Positions 1 to 11,400 of a stretch of DNA of 64,000 nucleotides are shown in pieces. The stretch is taken from NCBI GenBank assembly GCA_965240325.2, contig OZ251255.1, forward strand, positions 496,001-560,000. Reading direction: 5' to 3'. Below the pieces are notes generated by a model that was given only the letters and a program-made list of their open reading frames with translations, searched no databases and was not told the DNA's origin. The stretch's first letter is position 1; the number at the start of each line of letters is the position of its first letter. A program made the translations under genes and the position numbers. This DNA is from Rebecca billardiae RCC1528. Its lineage: Eukaryota > Protista > Haptophyta.

Positions 1-153
1 AGCGATGCGCCGTCGGCAGAGGGGCGACGATGGCGGCGGACAAGATGAGTCCGGATGGGCCAAGCCAATGCACCGGACTTTCACGTGGCCACCAGCTCGC
101 CAAGCGCCGGGGCCGAAGCCACGCGCCAGCAGCACAGCCAACCTCGTTCGACG

Positions 154-582
154 ATGGTGCGCGCTGCACGCTGCGCGCCCCCCCCGCGCCTGGCCGCGCG
201 GGGCGCCGAGCGCGGAGCGCGCCGCCGTGGCCGGGGCGTGCGATGCAGCCAGTGCTCTCGCGCAGGCTGTGGCGCGCCGCGCATCGCGCCGCTCGCCCCC
301 GATCCGCTGCGATCGGACGCGGACTGCGGCGGCGGAGCGCCCACGCCTCACCGCGCCGCGCGCCCGCCCGCGCCTGGCGCCGCGCAGGATCAACCGGTGA
401 AGCTGTGCAAGGTGACGAAGGTGCTCGGCCGCACCGGCCAGACCGGCCAGGTCACGCAGGTCCGCGTCGAGTTCCTCGACGACCCCGCGCGCTCGATCAT
501 CCGCAACGTGAAGGGGCCCGTCCGCGAGGGCGACATCCTGATGCTGCTGGAGTGGGAGCGCGAGGCGAGGCGACTCCGATAA
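154..582 (+). CDS. RPS28: 40S ribosomal protein S28 (exons 154-156, 388-582)
   Basis: Spliced product [33 protein letters not shown]...[27 protein letters not shown] is the eS28 signature. ATG|GTGCGC donor at 157, CGCAG acceptor at 387. Confidence 0.96.
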   Translation: MVRAARCAPPPRLAARGAERGARRRGRGVRCSQCSRAGCGAPRIAPLAPDPLRSDADCGGGAPTPHRAARPPAPGAAQDQPVKLCKVTKVLGRTGQTGQVTQVRVEFLDDPARSIIRNVKGPVREGDILMLLEWEREARRLR

Positions 583-667
583 GCGCGCCGCGTGCGGACG
601 GCCGCCGCGGCCGCGCCGCGCGCCACGCCGGGCGCGCCGCGGGCCCACGCCCGACGGACGCGCTCGA

Positions 668-712
<45 letters not shown>
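668..712. repeat. (GGC)n microsatellite
   Basis: About 14 GGC/GCG units just downstream of RPS28. Confidence 0.9.
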
Positions 713-2028
713 TTGCCTGAGCCTCGCTTGGCGCGGTCGTCGCCGGAGCGGACGAGCGACGCGTGTGTGCTCGCGGCGCGGTGCGTCGGGTGCTCGTGGT
801 TTGCCTCGTGCTGCCGTGGCATCGCAGCTGCTCCCGCGCGTCGGTGGCCTCGGCGTGCGTGTGCGCACCGCTCCTGGAGGCCGGGCCGGGGCCACCGGAG
901 GCCATCGGGTGCACAGGCGTGCGCCCGTGGCTGGAGTTGAGCTGGGTGGTGGGCTGTGTGACTGCGCGGGCCGGCGGGGCGTTCGACGGGATTGCTCGTG
1001 CTGCACGGCGCATGGCGGGTTGCAGATGGCCGTCCGCTGCGACCTAATGCACCACGCTGCGCGTGGCCTCCTCACAGATTCGCCTCCGAGGCTGCTACTG
1101 CTAGTGCTGCCGAAGTGATTTCGGTCCGCGGGCGCGGCCGAGCCGGGCGCCCGCCGGGCTGGTTGGTACCTGCGCGTCGTCGTTCTGCGTGACTCAGATC
1201 GAATGAACGCGGGCGCGCCGCGGCCACTGGCACATCACTCGCAGTATTCACGAGCTGATGATGCTGCTGCTCAAATTATATATACTTATTATAATTGTTT
1301 AATTGTTTTATTGTCAATGGGCCCCTGATGATTCACAATGGCGATCTCGGCAACAGTAGTAGGGGAGATACACGATCTGATGAGACCGCACCGCGCCACG
1401 GCAGCACGCACAGGCACTAGCCACTACGACTACTGATGAGTATATATATATACTACGACGACTGCTGTACGACGCTACTCTCAACTCTGTCCGAGTTGGA
1501 CTGTAGCGCGCAGTCGTTATCAATATCAGTGCTCGGTGATGCCATTCCCCATTGGCGCATTGCAGGCCGCGGGCATATCGAATAACCGCGCTGAGTCGAT
1601 GCGCGAGTATATACCGGCTACTGTAAGCAAGCCGTGTAGCAGCAGATCGCGAGCAGCAGCGGTTGCAACGGTTGTGATCGAATAATAATTATAAGTAATT
1701 GTCCGACGACATACCGTCATTTAGCCGCCATCATAATATTCATAACAAGTCCTTGACGTTTGGCTGAATCTGTATGTGACACAGAGTGACTAGTGAGAGT
1801 GGCGCAGCTGGCGTGCGCGGCACGACCGCGCGACGCGGCGCGCGGAGTCGGATTTGATTGAGTCGTGCTTCCGACGGCTGGGCTGGGCTCTGGGACATAT
1901 TTATTTGTAAGTGATGACTCCGCAAGCGCCACGCTCGTCAGACACCTACATATGGCATGCTGGTTGTCGAAATCACAGTAAATCAATGGCGGGCTGCTGT
2001 CATGCGCGGACCGGCCCCGCCGTACCGC

Positions 2029-4000
2029 CGGTAGGTGGGTCCCTGGCGATTTTCCAGCGTTCTTTTAAACATTTACCGGGTTTTCTCGCCGGATTTCTTT
2101 TCGCGCGGGGCGCGGCTCGGGAAAATCGCGGGGCCGCCGGCCGAGGTCCGACCTGAACGCTCCCGACGATGTCGGAGCGCCTCTCCAGCGCGACCGAGCC
2201 GCCGTGTGTCGGGTAGACTACTGCCAACACCTATCGCGCGCTCCAGCGCTTTGCGCGTGCTCACGGATGGGATCCGTGGTCACACATCCCCCGCCTGGCA
2301 CGGGCCGGCATGTTTGACTCTCGCCCGGCTAGACGCGTACAGACAACTTGAATCGATCGGCAGATGTTCGACCCGTGCCTTCGAGCAGGGTCACTTTTCG
2401 CTACAGGCGGGTCAGGCGACGGGAGGCATGGGTCACCATCAGGCATGTGCATACTCTTGACGCTCCCGCCATCTTGAGCAGCTCTACGCACCGTGAAGGT
2501 GACAATTGGGCTGCGCGCAAGCTGCTCGTGAGAACGCACGACAGCCAGCCCCGGGCTCTCGGGGAGCCATGTGAGCGATTGGCGACTTCCGAGAGGGCGT
2601 GTTTGGTGGGGGTTGGTACCAATAATCGACCAGCAGGCCTGGGATGGGTGCACTGAGGACTTGGGATGCTGAGAAGCCGCCGCGATGTGCATCGAGCACG
2701 CTGACTTGCCATCCGTGTGCACGATCAAGCGCCAGGAAGATCAGCAGGGCCTTTGACAGCGGCAGCAGGCGCTCAGCGATCCTTCCCTATGCCGAGTGTG
2801 GGCATAATATGCGGTGCTCGAGCGTGGTCGCAGGATATGGGTCCATTCTTGACAGAACTCGGTCGCGTTGACAGGCGCGGGTGCCACCCCACGCTGTTGC
2901 TCCTGCCATCGGGTGGTCCCACTCGTTCCGCTTGTTATCTGCGAAGACTCGTACTCAGCAAATCTACGGCTAGGCGTGGTAGACCCCTCAGACGCATGTC
3001 TGATGATTGCCCGGCACGTTCTCGTCGTCACGTTGGGTGTACTTGAGCGAGCGGAAGCCGCAACGTGATGGCTAGGCCAGCAGCTCAACCATCTGACGTC
3101 TCGCCGGCCAACTGGCTGAGTGCTCTCAGCCTAGCAGCAGCGTCGGTGAACCTATCGTATTGCTGCCTGGCAAGAAGATTGTAGGAGGTATCGTCGACGG
3201 CATGGGCTGCAGCTGCGGTAGTCGTGGACTGGTGGCGGCCTCACGCGGGTGGGCATACGACGACCGGTGACACGCGGAGTACGAGCTGCGAGCACGGAAG
3301 CCGCCGAGCGCGGCAAGCTCCGGCGGTGGCGTTGGCTGATAGTCCAGCCTCGACGGCGGAGGGCTCCCGTGTGACGACGGTGGCATGCTCGGTGGCGGGC
3401 GATGATGCGTGCCTCGGCACGCAGCCCGCCACAAACACTGCCACTCGCAGGCAGTCCGGTTGCGGCCCGGTTTGCCTGTGTCCGCGTCGCTCGGCGCCTA
3501 CTTCGATGACCCAACAAACGTACCCACATATCGGAACGAATTTGAATATATAGTGAGCCACTTCCATGGTCAATATAAAGTGGGTAACCGTCGTTATATG
3601 TACGGGTAATTGGCTATATACAAAGTGGGTAATCTACTCGATCTTGCTGTAGTTTGTTGGAGGTATCCGCGCACAGCATAGAGCCCCACTCTTTGCTTCA
3701 TAAAATGGTTCGGTCGGGTGTCAACGGTTGCCAATAAGTCATTCCGATCGCATGTCGCCATCTAGCCACCATAACCATCAAGTAACGCTTCGCAAAATCT
3801 CTATGTGACACTAGTGGCGCGGCGCGCGCGCGCTCGGCCGCGCGATGGCACGCGGAGTAGGTTTTGAGGTCGAATAAACTTTTGCTCCGCCCCGATGGGA
3901 CGCATTTATAGCGTCGATTCTGGGTGAGAGACGAAATCTAGCAGGACGCCATTCTGAGTGCGCCAGAATATCGCCCCAGTTGGGAGGGACCCACCTACCG
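2029..4000. mobile_element. Non-autonomous TIR DNA transposon (~2 kb)
   Basis: Perfect 16-bp inverted repeat CGGTAGGTGGGTCCCT (2029-2044) / AGGGACCCACCTACCG (3985-4000). No coherent internal ORF. Subterminal motifs are shared with the element at 35741-37686. Confidence 0.7.
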
Positions 4001-4171
4001 TACGGTCACCGCGTTACTCAAACCGTTATGGTTCAGCCTCAATGACTATATCAGTGACTACGCGGTACGCCTACTCGGCCCATCAAGGCTGCCAAGAGTC
4101 TTAGTGCCAAGAGGCAGAGCGTGGAGTGGGTGACCGGACTCGGCTGCCTGGCGGTCGGAGCTACAGCACGC

Positions 4172-7100
4172 TTACAGGGCCAGCTGGATGCGCTCGTCGG
4201 CATCGCCATCACCGCCAGCAGCCGCCGCTTGCTGCGGTGACAGCTGCTGCTGCCGCTGACCCTCTGCGCCGACGGTGGTGCGCAGCGGAGCAGGCGGGCC
4301 ACCAGCGCCGCCGGTCCCGCCGCCCGGCCCCAGCCCCGCAGCGTCGGTGGCCGTGGGCTGTGCGGACAGCGCAGCGAGCGGCGGCACCAGCGCCGGCACC
4401 GCCGCCGCGCCAACCGCCGCCGGCTGCGCTGTACGCGGGGGCTGCTGCGCCGAGGGCTCCCACGAGCCCACCGCGTCCGGCGCCGTGTACGGGGCTGTGC
4501 CGCCGCCGCCAGCAGCCGTCGGCGCGTAGGGCAGCGCGTAGGGCACGCCGGCCGGGGGCGTGCCCGCCGCCGAGGCGGCCGCCGGCATCGCGCCGGCCGG
4601 CTCCGCGCCGCCCGCCGCCGCAGACGTGCCGCACGCGAGGAGCGCCGCCAGCACGTTCTCCTCAGCTCCCCTCTCGGCGCCGGGCGGCCCGCGCCCCGAG
4701 CCCCCCGAACGGCTCGAGCTGCCGAGCGAGCGGCCCTCGGCGCAGCCCTGCGCGCCGCCGCACGTCGTGGCGCCCAGCACGGCGGCCCCGTCCAGCATGG
4801 CCGCCCCGTCCAGCATGGCCGCCCCGTCCAGCATGGCCGCCCCGTCCAGCATGGCCGCCCCGTCCAGCATGGCCGCCCCGTCCAGCATGGCCGCCCCGTC
4901 CAGCATGGCCGCCCGGCTGCACGCAGCGCCCACCGCTGGCGGCTCTGGCGGCGGCAGGGCTGCGGCGGCGGCGCCGCCCTGCGGCCCGACGCCGCCGCCG
5001 GGCGCGCGGCGCGCGTCGGCGCCCTGCAGCAGCCTCGGCGGCAGCGCGCCGCCCCCAAGCGGCCGTGCGGCCGCTATTCCCGGCGACGGCGCCGCCTCGT
5101 CCGCGCAGGCGCGGCCACTGGCGCCGGCGGCGGAGGCGGAACCCCACGACGCGGCTGGCGCGGCCGGGGCGGCGCCGAGCGCGGCCGCGCCGCCGTGGCC
5201 GCCAGGCGCGTCGGCGGCGGCGGCGACCGTCGCGCCGTGCTTGGGCACGCAGCAGCACTGCCGCCACACGCAGCGCGCGCAGCACGCGGCGAGCACGGCC
5301 GCCACGATCAAAAACGGGATGACAACGAGCGTGGCGCGCAAAGCAGTTTCGCTCCGTGCCGCAGCGGGCGAGCGGAGCGTGGCGCTGGCGCGCGGGGCGT
5401 CGCGGCCGTCGGCGTCGGCGTCGGCCTGCGCGCCGTCGGCGGCGGGTGCGTCGTTGGACGCGGTGCCGGCACTCGCGCTCGCCCCCGGGACCGGCGGCGG
5501 GCTGGGCGGCGGGAGCGGTGGCGGGCTGGGCGGCGGGCTGGGCGGCGGGCGCGGCGGCGGCGACGGCGGCGGCGAGGGCGGAGGCTGCGGCGGCGGGCGT
5601 GGAGGCAGCGCGGGTGGTGGCGAGGGCGGCGGCGTCGGCGGGGCACTCGGCGGAAGCCTCGGCGGCTGCGACGGCGGGGGCGGCCGCGCGGGCGGCGCGC
5701 TCGGCGGCTCTCGCGGCGGCGGCGAGGGCGGCGGGCTCGGCGGCGGCGGGCTGGGCGGCGGCGAAGGCGGCGGGCTCGGCGGCGGGCTCGGTGGCGGTGG
5801 GCTCGGCGGCGGGCTCGGCGGCGGGCTCGGCGGCGGGCTGGGCGGCGGCGAGGGCGGCGGCGAGGGCGGCTGCACCGGCGGCTGGCGTGGCGGCGGCGGC
5901 AGCGGTGGCGTGCCGGGCGGCGGGCTCGGCGGCGGCGGCAGCGCGGGCGGCGGGCCCGGCGGCGGCGACGGCGGCGGGCGCGGCGGCGGGCTCGGCGGCG
6001 GGCTCGGCGGCGGCGCGGGCGGCGGGCTTGGCGGCTCCCGCGGCGGCGGCGAGGGGGGAGGGCTCGGCGGCGGCGGGCTGGGTGGCGGCGAGGGCGGCGG
6101 GCTCGGCGGCGGGCTCGGTGGCGGCGGGCTCGGCGGCGGGTGTGGAGGCGGGCTCGGCGGCGGGCTGGGCGGCGGGCTGGGCGGCGGCGGGCTGGGCGGC
6201 GGCGAGGGCGGCGGGAGCGGCGGCGGCGGGCTCGGCGGCGGCGCGGGCGGCGGCGAGGGCGGCAGTCTCGGCGGCGGGCTCGGCGGCGGGTGCGGCGGCG
6301 GGCTCGGCGGCGGCGGGCTCGGCGGCGGGCTCGGCGGCGGGCTCGGCGGCGGGCTCGGCGGCGGCGGCGGCGGGCTGGTCGCGGTGAGCGGGCAGCTGTC
6401 GCGCCAGTTGCGCCCGACGGGGGCGTCGGCCGTCGACGCGCCGATCGGAACGCCTGAGCCGGGCAGCGTGGTGGCGGTGGAGTCGCCGCTCGCGCTCACG
6501 CCGACGCTCGCCAGCGCGGTGCTCCGGTTGTGCGCCGCCGTGCAGTTCGCCACGCTCGGCGTCGCGCCCACCTCCGCCGCCGACCACGCCACCCCAACAT
6601 ACACGCCGCGTACGCGCAGCCCTGCAGAGCGCACGCCCAGGGTGAGGTTGAACGCGCCGCCGCCGCCGGAGCTGTCCGCCCACGCGCCGACGGGCACGCG
6701 CGTCCAGCTGTACGCGCACGACGCCGCGTCCGCCGACACCGCCCCCGCGTGCGCCACCTCCACCGCCGCGCCGCCGGCCCCGCCGGCTTCGTCAGCAGCG
6801 TACGCGCCAGCGGTCTGCCGAAACACCCACACGGCAGCAGATGGCTCGGTGGAGCAGGTCTCAAGCCAGAGCTGCGCGCGGTTGCCCGGCGCGAGCCAGC
6901 CGGCGCCGGCGGTGAACGCCCACGCGCCGCCCGCGCCGCCGAGCGCCGGCGCGGGCGCGGAGCCCGCCGACGGGCGCGGCAGCAGCACGCGCAGCGCGCC
7001 GAGCGGCGCGTCCGCGGCCGCCGCCTCCCAGCCGCCGCCGTGCGAACTTTCCAGGAAAGCTCCGTCAGGCTCGAGGGCGTCGGCGTCGTCGGGCGCGGCG

Positions 7101-8164
7101 CGCCAGCCGGCGGAGGAGGCGTTGCGCATGTACTCCACCGCGAGCACACGCACGCCCGCGCGGCAGCGGCACAGCGCCGCGGGGCTCCCGTCGTCCGCCG
7201 CGCCCGCGCACGCGCCGCCGCCGCCCGCCGGCTCGGCCGCGCCGCCGCCCTGCAGCACCATCTCAGTATAGCACGACGCGCAGTCGCCCACGCGCAGGTC
7301 GGAGAGCTGCAGCGCGAAGCGCGTGACGTTCGGCGCGGCGGCGCCGGCGCCGAACTGCGCGAAGCCCGGCTGCCACGTGCCCATGTTCGCGTGCGGCCCC
7401 ACCGCGTCGTTGTAGGCCGTTACGCCCGCGTAACCGCCGCCCGAGTAATAGGCGGCCGCGTCGGCCGTGCCGTTCGCGTGGTCTAGCACGAGCACGCCGT
7501 TGCGCCAGAGCTGGACGACGCCGGCGGGCTGGCCGTCGGCGCCGTGCGCGAGCACCGTGCGCAGCACGAAGCTGTCCCACTCGTCCGGGCAGATCGCGCC
7601 GATCCCCACCGTCGTCGTGCCGCCGAGATCCGAATCTGCGAGATTGAAATCTCCCGACCCGCCGCCGGCGCGCGCGGTGGTGTTGGCGGCGGCGTCGCCG
7701 TTGATCGTCGCGGCCCACGTGCCCGTCTGCCCGCGCGTGTGCACGCCGAACACCGGCGGCCGCCCCGCGCCCTCGCCCGCGTCCGCCGTCGCGTCCAGGC
7801 GGAAGTGCCACGCGTCGCCGCCGTCGCCCGGCGGCGCTGGCACGTAGTCCGCGTCGAGACGCACGTGCCAAGCGAACCAGCGGACGACGCCGTAGGGCAC
7901 GTCGAGGCGGTCGTCGGGCTGGAGCAGCGCGATCTCCGCGCGCGTGCGCCCCGCCGCGTACAGCAGCTCGAACTCGTAGCAGCCCGTGCCCGAGAGGCAG
8001 CCCGAGCCGGCGAATCCGTGGAAGCCATCCTGCGAGTCGCCGAGGGACCAGAGGTCCGTGTCGAGCGCGGGGCCGTCGAAGGACTCGTCGACGAGGAGGG
8101 AGGCGTGGGCGACGGCGCCGACGAGCGCGAGCCACCAGCGCCCGCGCGCCCGCCGCTCGCGCAT
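4172..8164 (-). CDS. Type I membrane glycoprotein: signal peptide, polysaccharide-lyase-like beta-jelly-roll domain, extensin-like SPPP stalk, TM helix, repeat-bearing cytoplasmic tail
   Basis: Signal MRERRARGRWWLALVGAVAHA. Motifs RAEI...WFAWHVRL...WH...PP...WDSFVL...GVVQLWRNGVLV...YND..GP...G resemble Polysacc_lyase/heparin-lyase-type domains. About 300 aa of SPPP repeats, then TM LVVIPFLIVAAVLAACC. Confidence 0.8.
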   Translation of the reverse strand: MRERRARGRWWLALVGAVAHASLLVDESFDGPALDTDLWSLGDSQDGFHGFAGSGCLSGTGCYEFELLYAAGRTRAEIALLQPDDRLDVPYGVVRWFAWHVRLDADYVPAPPGDGGDAWHFRLDATADAGEGAGRPPVFGVHTRGQTGTWAATINGDAAANTTARAGGGSGDFNLADSDLGGTTTVGIGAICPDEWDSFVLRTVLAHGADGQPAGVVQLWRNGVLVLDHANGTADAAAYYSGGGYAGVTAYNDAVGPHANMGTWQPGFAQFGAGAAAPNVTRFALQLSDLRVGDCASCYTEMVLQGGGAAEPAGGGGACAGAADDGSPAALCRCRAGVRVLAVEYMRNASSAGWRAAPDDADALEPDGAFLESSHGGGWEAAAADAPLGALRVLLPRPSAGSAPAPALGGAGGAWAFTAGAGWLAPGNRAQLWLETCSTEPSAAVWVFRQTAGAYAADEAGGAGGAAVEVAHAGAVSADAASCAYSWTRVPVGAWADSSGGGGAFNLTLGVRSAGLRVRGVYVGVAWSAAEVGATPSVANCTAAHNRSTALASVGVSASGDSTATTLPGSGVPIGASTADAPVGRNWRDSCPLTATSPPPPPPSPPPSPPPSPPPSPPPPSPPPHPPPSPPPRLPPSPPPAPPPSPPPPLPPPSPPPSPPPPSPPPSPPPSPPPHPPPSPPPPSPPPSPPPSPPPSPPPPSPPPSPPPREPPSPPPAPPPSPPPSPPPRPPPSPPPGPPPALPPPPSPPPGTPPLPPPPRQPPVQPPSPPPSPPPSPPPSPPPSPPPSPPPPSPPPSPPPSPPPSPPPPSPPPSPPPREPPSAPPARPPPPSQPPRLPPSAPPTPPPSPPPALPPRPPPQPPPSPPPSPPPRPPPSPPPSPPPLPPPSPPPVPGASASAGTASNDAPAADGAQADADADGRDAPRASATLRSPAAARSETALRATLVVIPFLIVAAVLAACCARCVWRQCCCVPKHGATVAAAADAPGGHGGAAALGAAPAAPAASWGSASAAGASGRACADEAAPSPGIAAARPLGGGALPPRLLQGADARRAPGGGVGPQGGAAAAALPPPEPPAVGAACSRAAMLDGAAMLDGAAMLDGAAMLDGAAMLDGAAMLDGAAMLDGAAVLGATTCGGAQGCAEGRSLGSSSRSGGSGRGPPGAERGAEENVLAALLACGTSAAAGGAEPAGAMPAAASAAGTPPAGVPYALPYAPTAAGGGGTAPYTAPDAVGSWEPSAQQPPRTAQPAAVGAAAVPALVPPLAALSAQPTATDAAGLGPGGGTGGAGGPPAPLRTTVGAEGQRQQQLSPQQAAAAGGDGDADERIQLAL
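4787..4914. repeat. 18-bp coding tandem repeat (AAMLDG x7)
   Basis: CCGTCCAGCATGGCCGCC repeated 7 times. Confidence 0.9.
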
Positions 8165-8429
8165 CGCGCACACGGGGTGGTGGTGCGTTACGCTGCGCGG
8201 GCGGCCGCCATGGCGCAGCCTTCCGCCATCTCGATGGGTCCAGATTTGAGGCGGGGACGGCACTCGGCGGGCGCCACTGCCGCACTGGCACTGGAGAGCT
8301 GTGAGCAACCACTGCCATCGTCGTCTGAGTGCTGAAGCGGGTTTTGAACAAAGCGCCACCGGTCGCCGCGCGACACGGGCCGACCGCCGTTGGCCGCGCG
8401 CGCGAGCGGCGAGAGCGACGCCTCACGGG

Positions 8430-11400
8430 ATGCCGGGGGCGTACCTGTCGAACATCCCGTGGCGGCCGGAGCCGTCCGAGCCGGGCGCCGCGCATCCGCG
8501 CGCGCTCGGCGCTCGCCAGCCCACCGCGGACGGGGCGGGCGTCGACGGCGGCGCGGCGGCCACGCCCCTGAACAAGCAGCAGTGGGTCTTCCTGTACCAG
8601 GCGTTCGGCGCGGCGTCGACGGGCGGGCCCGACGGCGAGCGCCTCGCCACGGGCCGCGCCACGCTCGACGAGTTCATCCGGCTGCGCCGCGGCGACTCGG
8701 CGAGCGCGCGCGCCGTCGAGCCGCTGCCGCTCGGCGTGCGCACGTGGCTTGCGCGCAAGCGCAAGCCGCCGGGGATGAGCTGGGCGGCGCTCTCGGAGCG
8801 GGTGGGCGCGCTCGCGCCGGACGCGCCGAGCGACGCCGCCTCGCTCGCCTCCGACGCCGCGTCCGACGCCGCCTCGCGCGCGGGCGGGCTCGAGCCGCGC
8901 GCGCTCGGCGGCGCCGGCTCGGCCGCGGCCGCGGGCGGCGCGCCGCCGCTGCCGCAGGGCACGGCGGTGCGCCTGTTCTCGCCGCCCGCGGCGGTGCGCG
9001 GCTCGGCGTCCGCGCGCTCGGGTGGCGCGAGTGGCATCGGGCTGCTCGGCGGCGACGTGGGCGCGAGCGTCGCCGCGCCAGGGGCGATGCTCCCAGGCAG
9101 CTCGGAGGAGGCGCCTGATTGGTCGGGCGATGAGTGGCGGGGTCCGGTGAGTCCGGGCGGCTGGGTGCTGCTGTGCTTCCGGCTGGGCGCGCAGCACCTG
9201 CCGCCGGTGATCGTCTCCGCCCAGCCCACCGTGCACGGCCGCCCCGTCTGCCAGCTCTACGTCCGCCGAGACTCGAAGCCGAGCGCGCAGCACTTCACGT
9301 GCCGCGCGCTCTCCGGTTCTGAGACCAACGCGGTCGTGCTGCACGCGCCCCAGCCGCACGAGCTGGGCGGCGGCGGCGGCGGCGGCGGCGGCGCGGACGC
9401 GGGCGCGGGCGGCGCGAGGCCGCCGAGCCGCGCCACACCCGCGCCGCACGACGAGAGCGCCGCCGCGTTCGCGGCGGCCGAGGCGGAGGCGGCCGCGGGC
9501 GCGTCTGCCACTGAGGGGACCTTGGCAGATCTCGTGCCGATCTCGGCGGCGCAGCACGCGGCGGCGCGGCCGGGGCTGCACTGGGTGGCGCTCACGCTGC
9601 CGCGCGGCGCGCGCGAGGCGGCGCACGTCCGGCTGCGCGTCACGGCGCTCGGCGAGCCCACGATCGCGCGCGCGCCCGTCCCTGAGCTCGGGCTCGCCGA
9701 GTACGACGGCTGGTGCGCGCGAGATCGCGCGAGATCGCGCGAGATCGCGCGCGAGATTGCGGGCGAGATCGCGCGCGAGATGGCGGGCGAGATCGCGCGC
9801 GAGATGGCGGGCGGGATCGCGCGCGCGCGCAGCGGTGGCGCTCACGCCCGCCTCGGCTGCACACACCGCCCCGCGCGTGCGCACTCGCCCCTCGGCGCCC
9901 GCGCGCGCCCGGCGCACCGTCGGCGCACGCGCGCCCCCCGCGCGCAGGTGGCATCTCGGCCTCCCGTGCGGGACTGGGCGCAGCGTCGCGCTCAAGACAG
10001 GGGACGTGTACACGGGTGAGTGGTGGTACGGCCGTCCGCACGGGGAGGGCACGCTCGCGTACGCGGACGGGAAGGGGCAGCTGCGCGGCGAGTGGCGCGG
10101 CGGTCTGCCGCTGCGCGCCCACGGGCTGCACCGCGGTGCGGACGCGCGCGGCGGCGACTACGAGCACGTGGGTACGATTGAGAACGGGCAGAGGGAGGGC
10201 GCGGGCACCACCACGTGGAGCTCCGGCGAGTGGGCCTCCGGGCTGTGGCGGCTCGACGCGCTCGTCGAGGGGCGCGCGCGGCTGCGCTCGCGGCAGACGG
10301 CAGACGTCTACGAGGGAGGTGTCGCGCCGCTCCCCGCCGCAAAGGGCGCGCGCGACGGCGTGTTCTTCAGCGCGCTCGGCCTGATGCCCGCTGGGCGCGG
10401 CGCGCTCTCGGGCCCGGGGCACGCGTACGCGGAGCACGCGCCGCTGGCCGCGCAGCTCTCGGCGGCGCACCGCGCCGGCCGGCCGCCGCGACTGCAGCCC
10501 GAGTCCGGTGGCGCGGGGCCGGGCGGCGCGGACGGCGCGCGGCGCGTCGCCACCTTCTCTCAGATCTCCGCCGCCTCGCTGCGCAACCGCGACGCGCGCG
10601 GCCGCTCCGACCCGTTCGTGCGGCTGGTCGCGCTGCCGAGCGGACACTTCGCGGAGACCTCGCGCAAGGACAACACGCTCTCGCCCGCGTGGGAGGAGCC
10701 TCTGGAGCTGCCTCTCGGCCCCGCGGACCGGAGCGTGCGCGTCGAGGTCTGGGATTGGGACCGCTCCGGAGCGGAGTCGCTCGGGCACGCGCTGCTGCGG
10801 CTGGGGGACGGCGGCGGCGCGGGCGCGGGCGGCGGCGCGCGCGCGGCCACGAGGCCCGGCGGCGGTGGCGGCGGCGGCGCTCGGGCCGGCGCCGAGCCCG
10901 CCGCAGACGCCGCCGCCTCCGCCGCGGCGGCGGCGGGCGCCACCGCCGAGCTGGCGCTCGAGGGCTCGGATGCGGAGGTGATCCGAGGGTCCTCCGTCGT
11001 GCGGCTCCGCTTTGCGCTGAGCGGCCCGCCGGCGGAGGCGGGCGCGCGGCTGCTGCGCGGCGGCGCCGCCGACGAGGCGGAGGGCGAGGCGGGCGGCGGC
11101 TCGATGGTCCTCGTCGTCTCCGAGCTCGCGGCCGCGCACCTCAAGAACCGCGACGCGCGCGGCAAGAGCGATCCTTACGTGCGGTTGGTGGCGCACCCGA
11201 GCGGGCTCTCGGCGCAGAGCGCAGCGTTGCCGAATACGCTGCACCCGCGCTGGCCGGCGCCGCTCGAGCTCGCGCTCGCGCCCGCGGACGACCTGGTGAC
11301 GGTGCAGGTCTGGGACTATGACACGGTGGGAGAGGATGATGCGCTCGGCTCCGCGCCGCTGCGGCTTCCGCCGGGGCAGCGCTCGGGGCGCGCGCAGCTC

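Noticed and set aside
4560-7271. Glycine-rich 903-aa + strand ORF
   Set aside because: It is the antisense of the SPPP-rich gene, which has a signal peptide, a domain and a TM helix.
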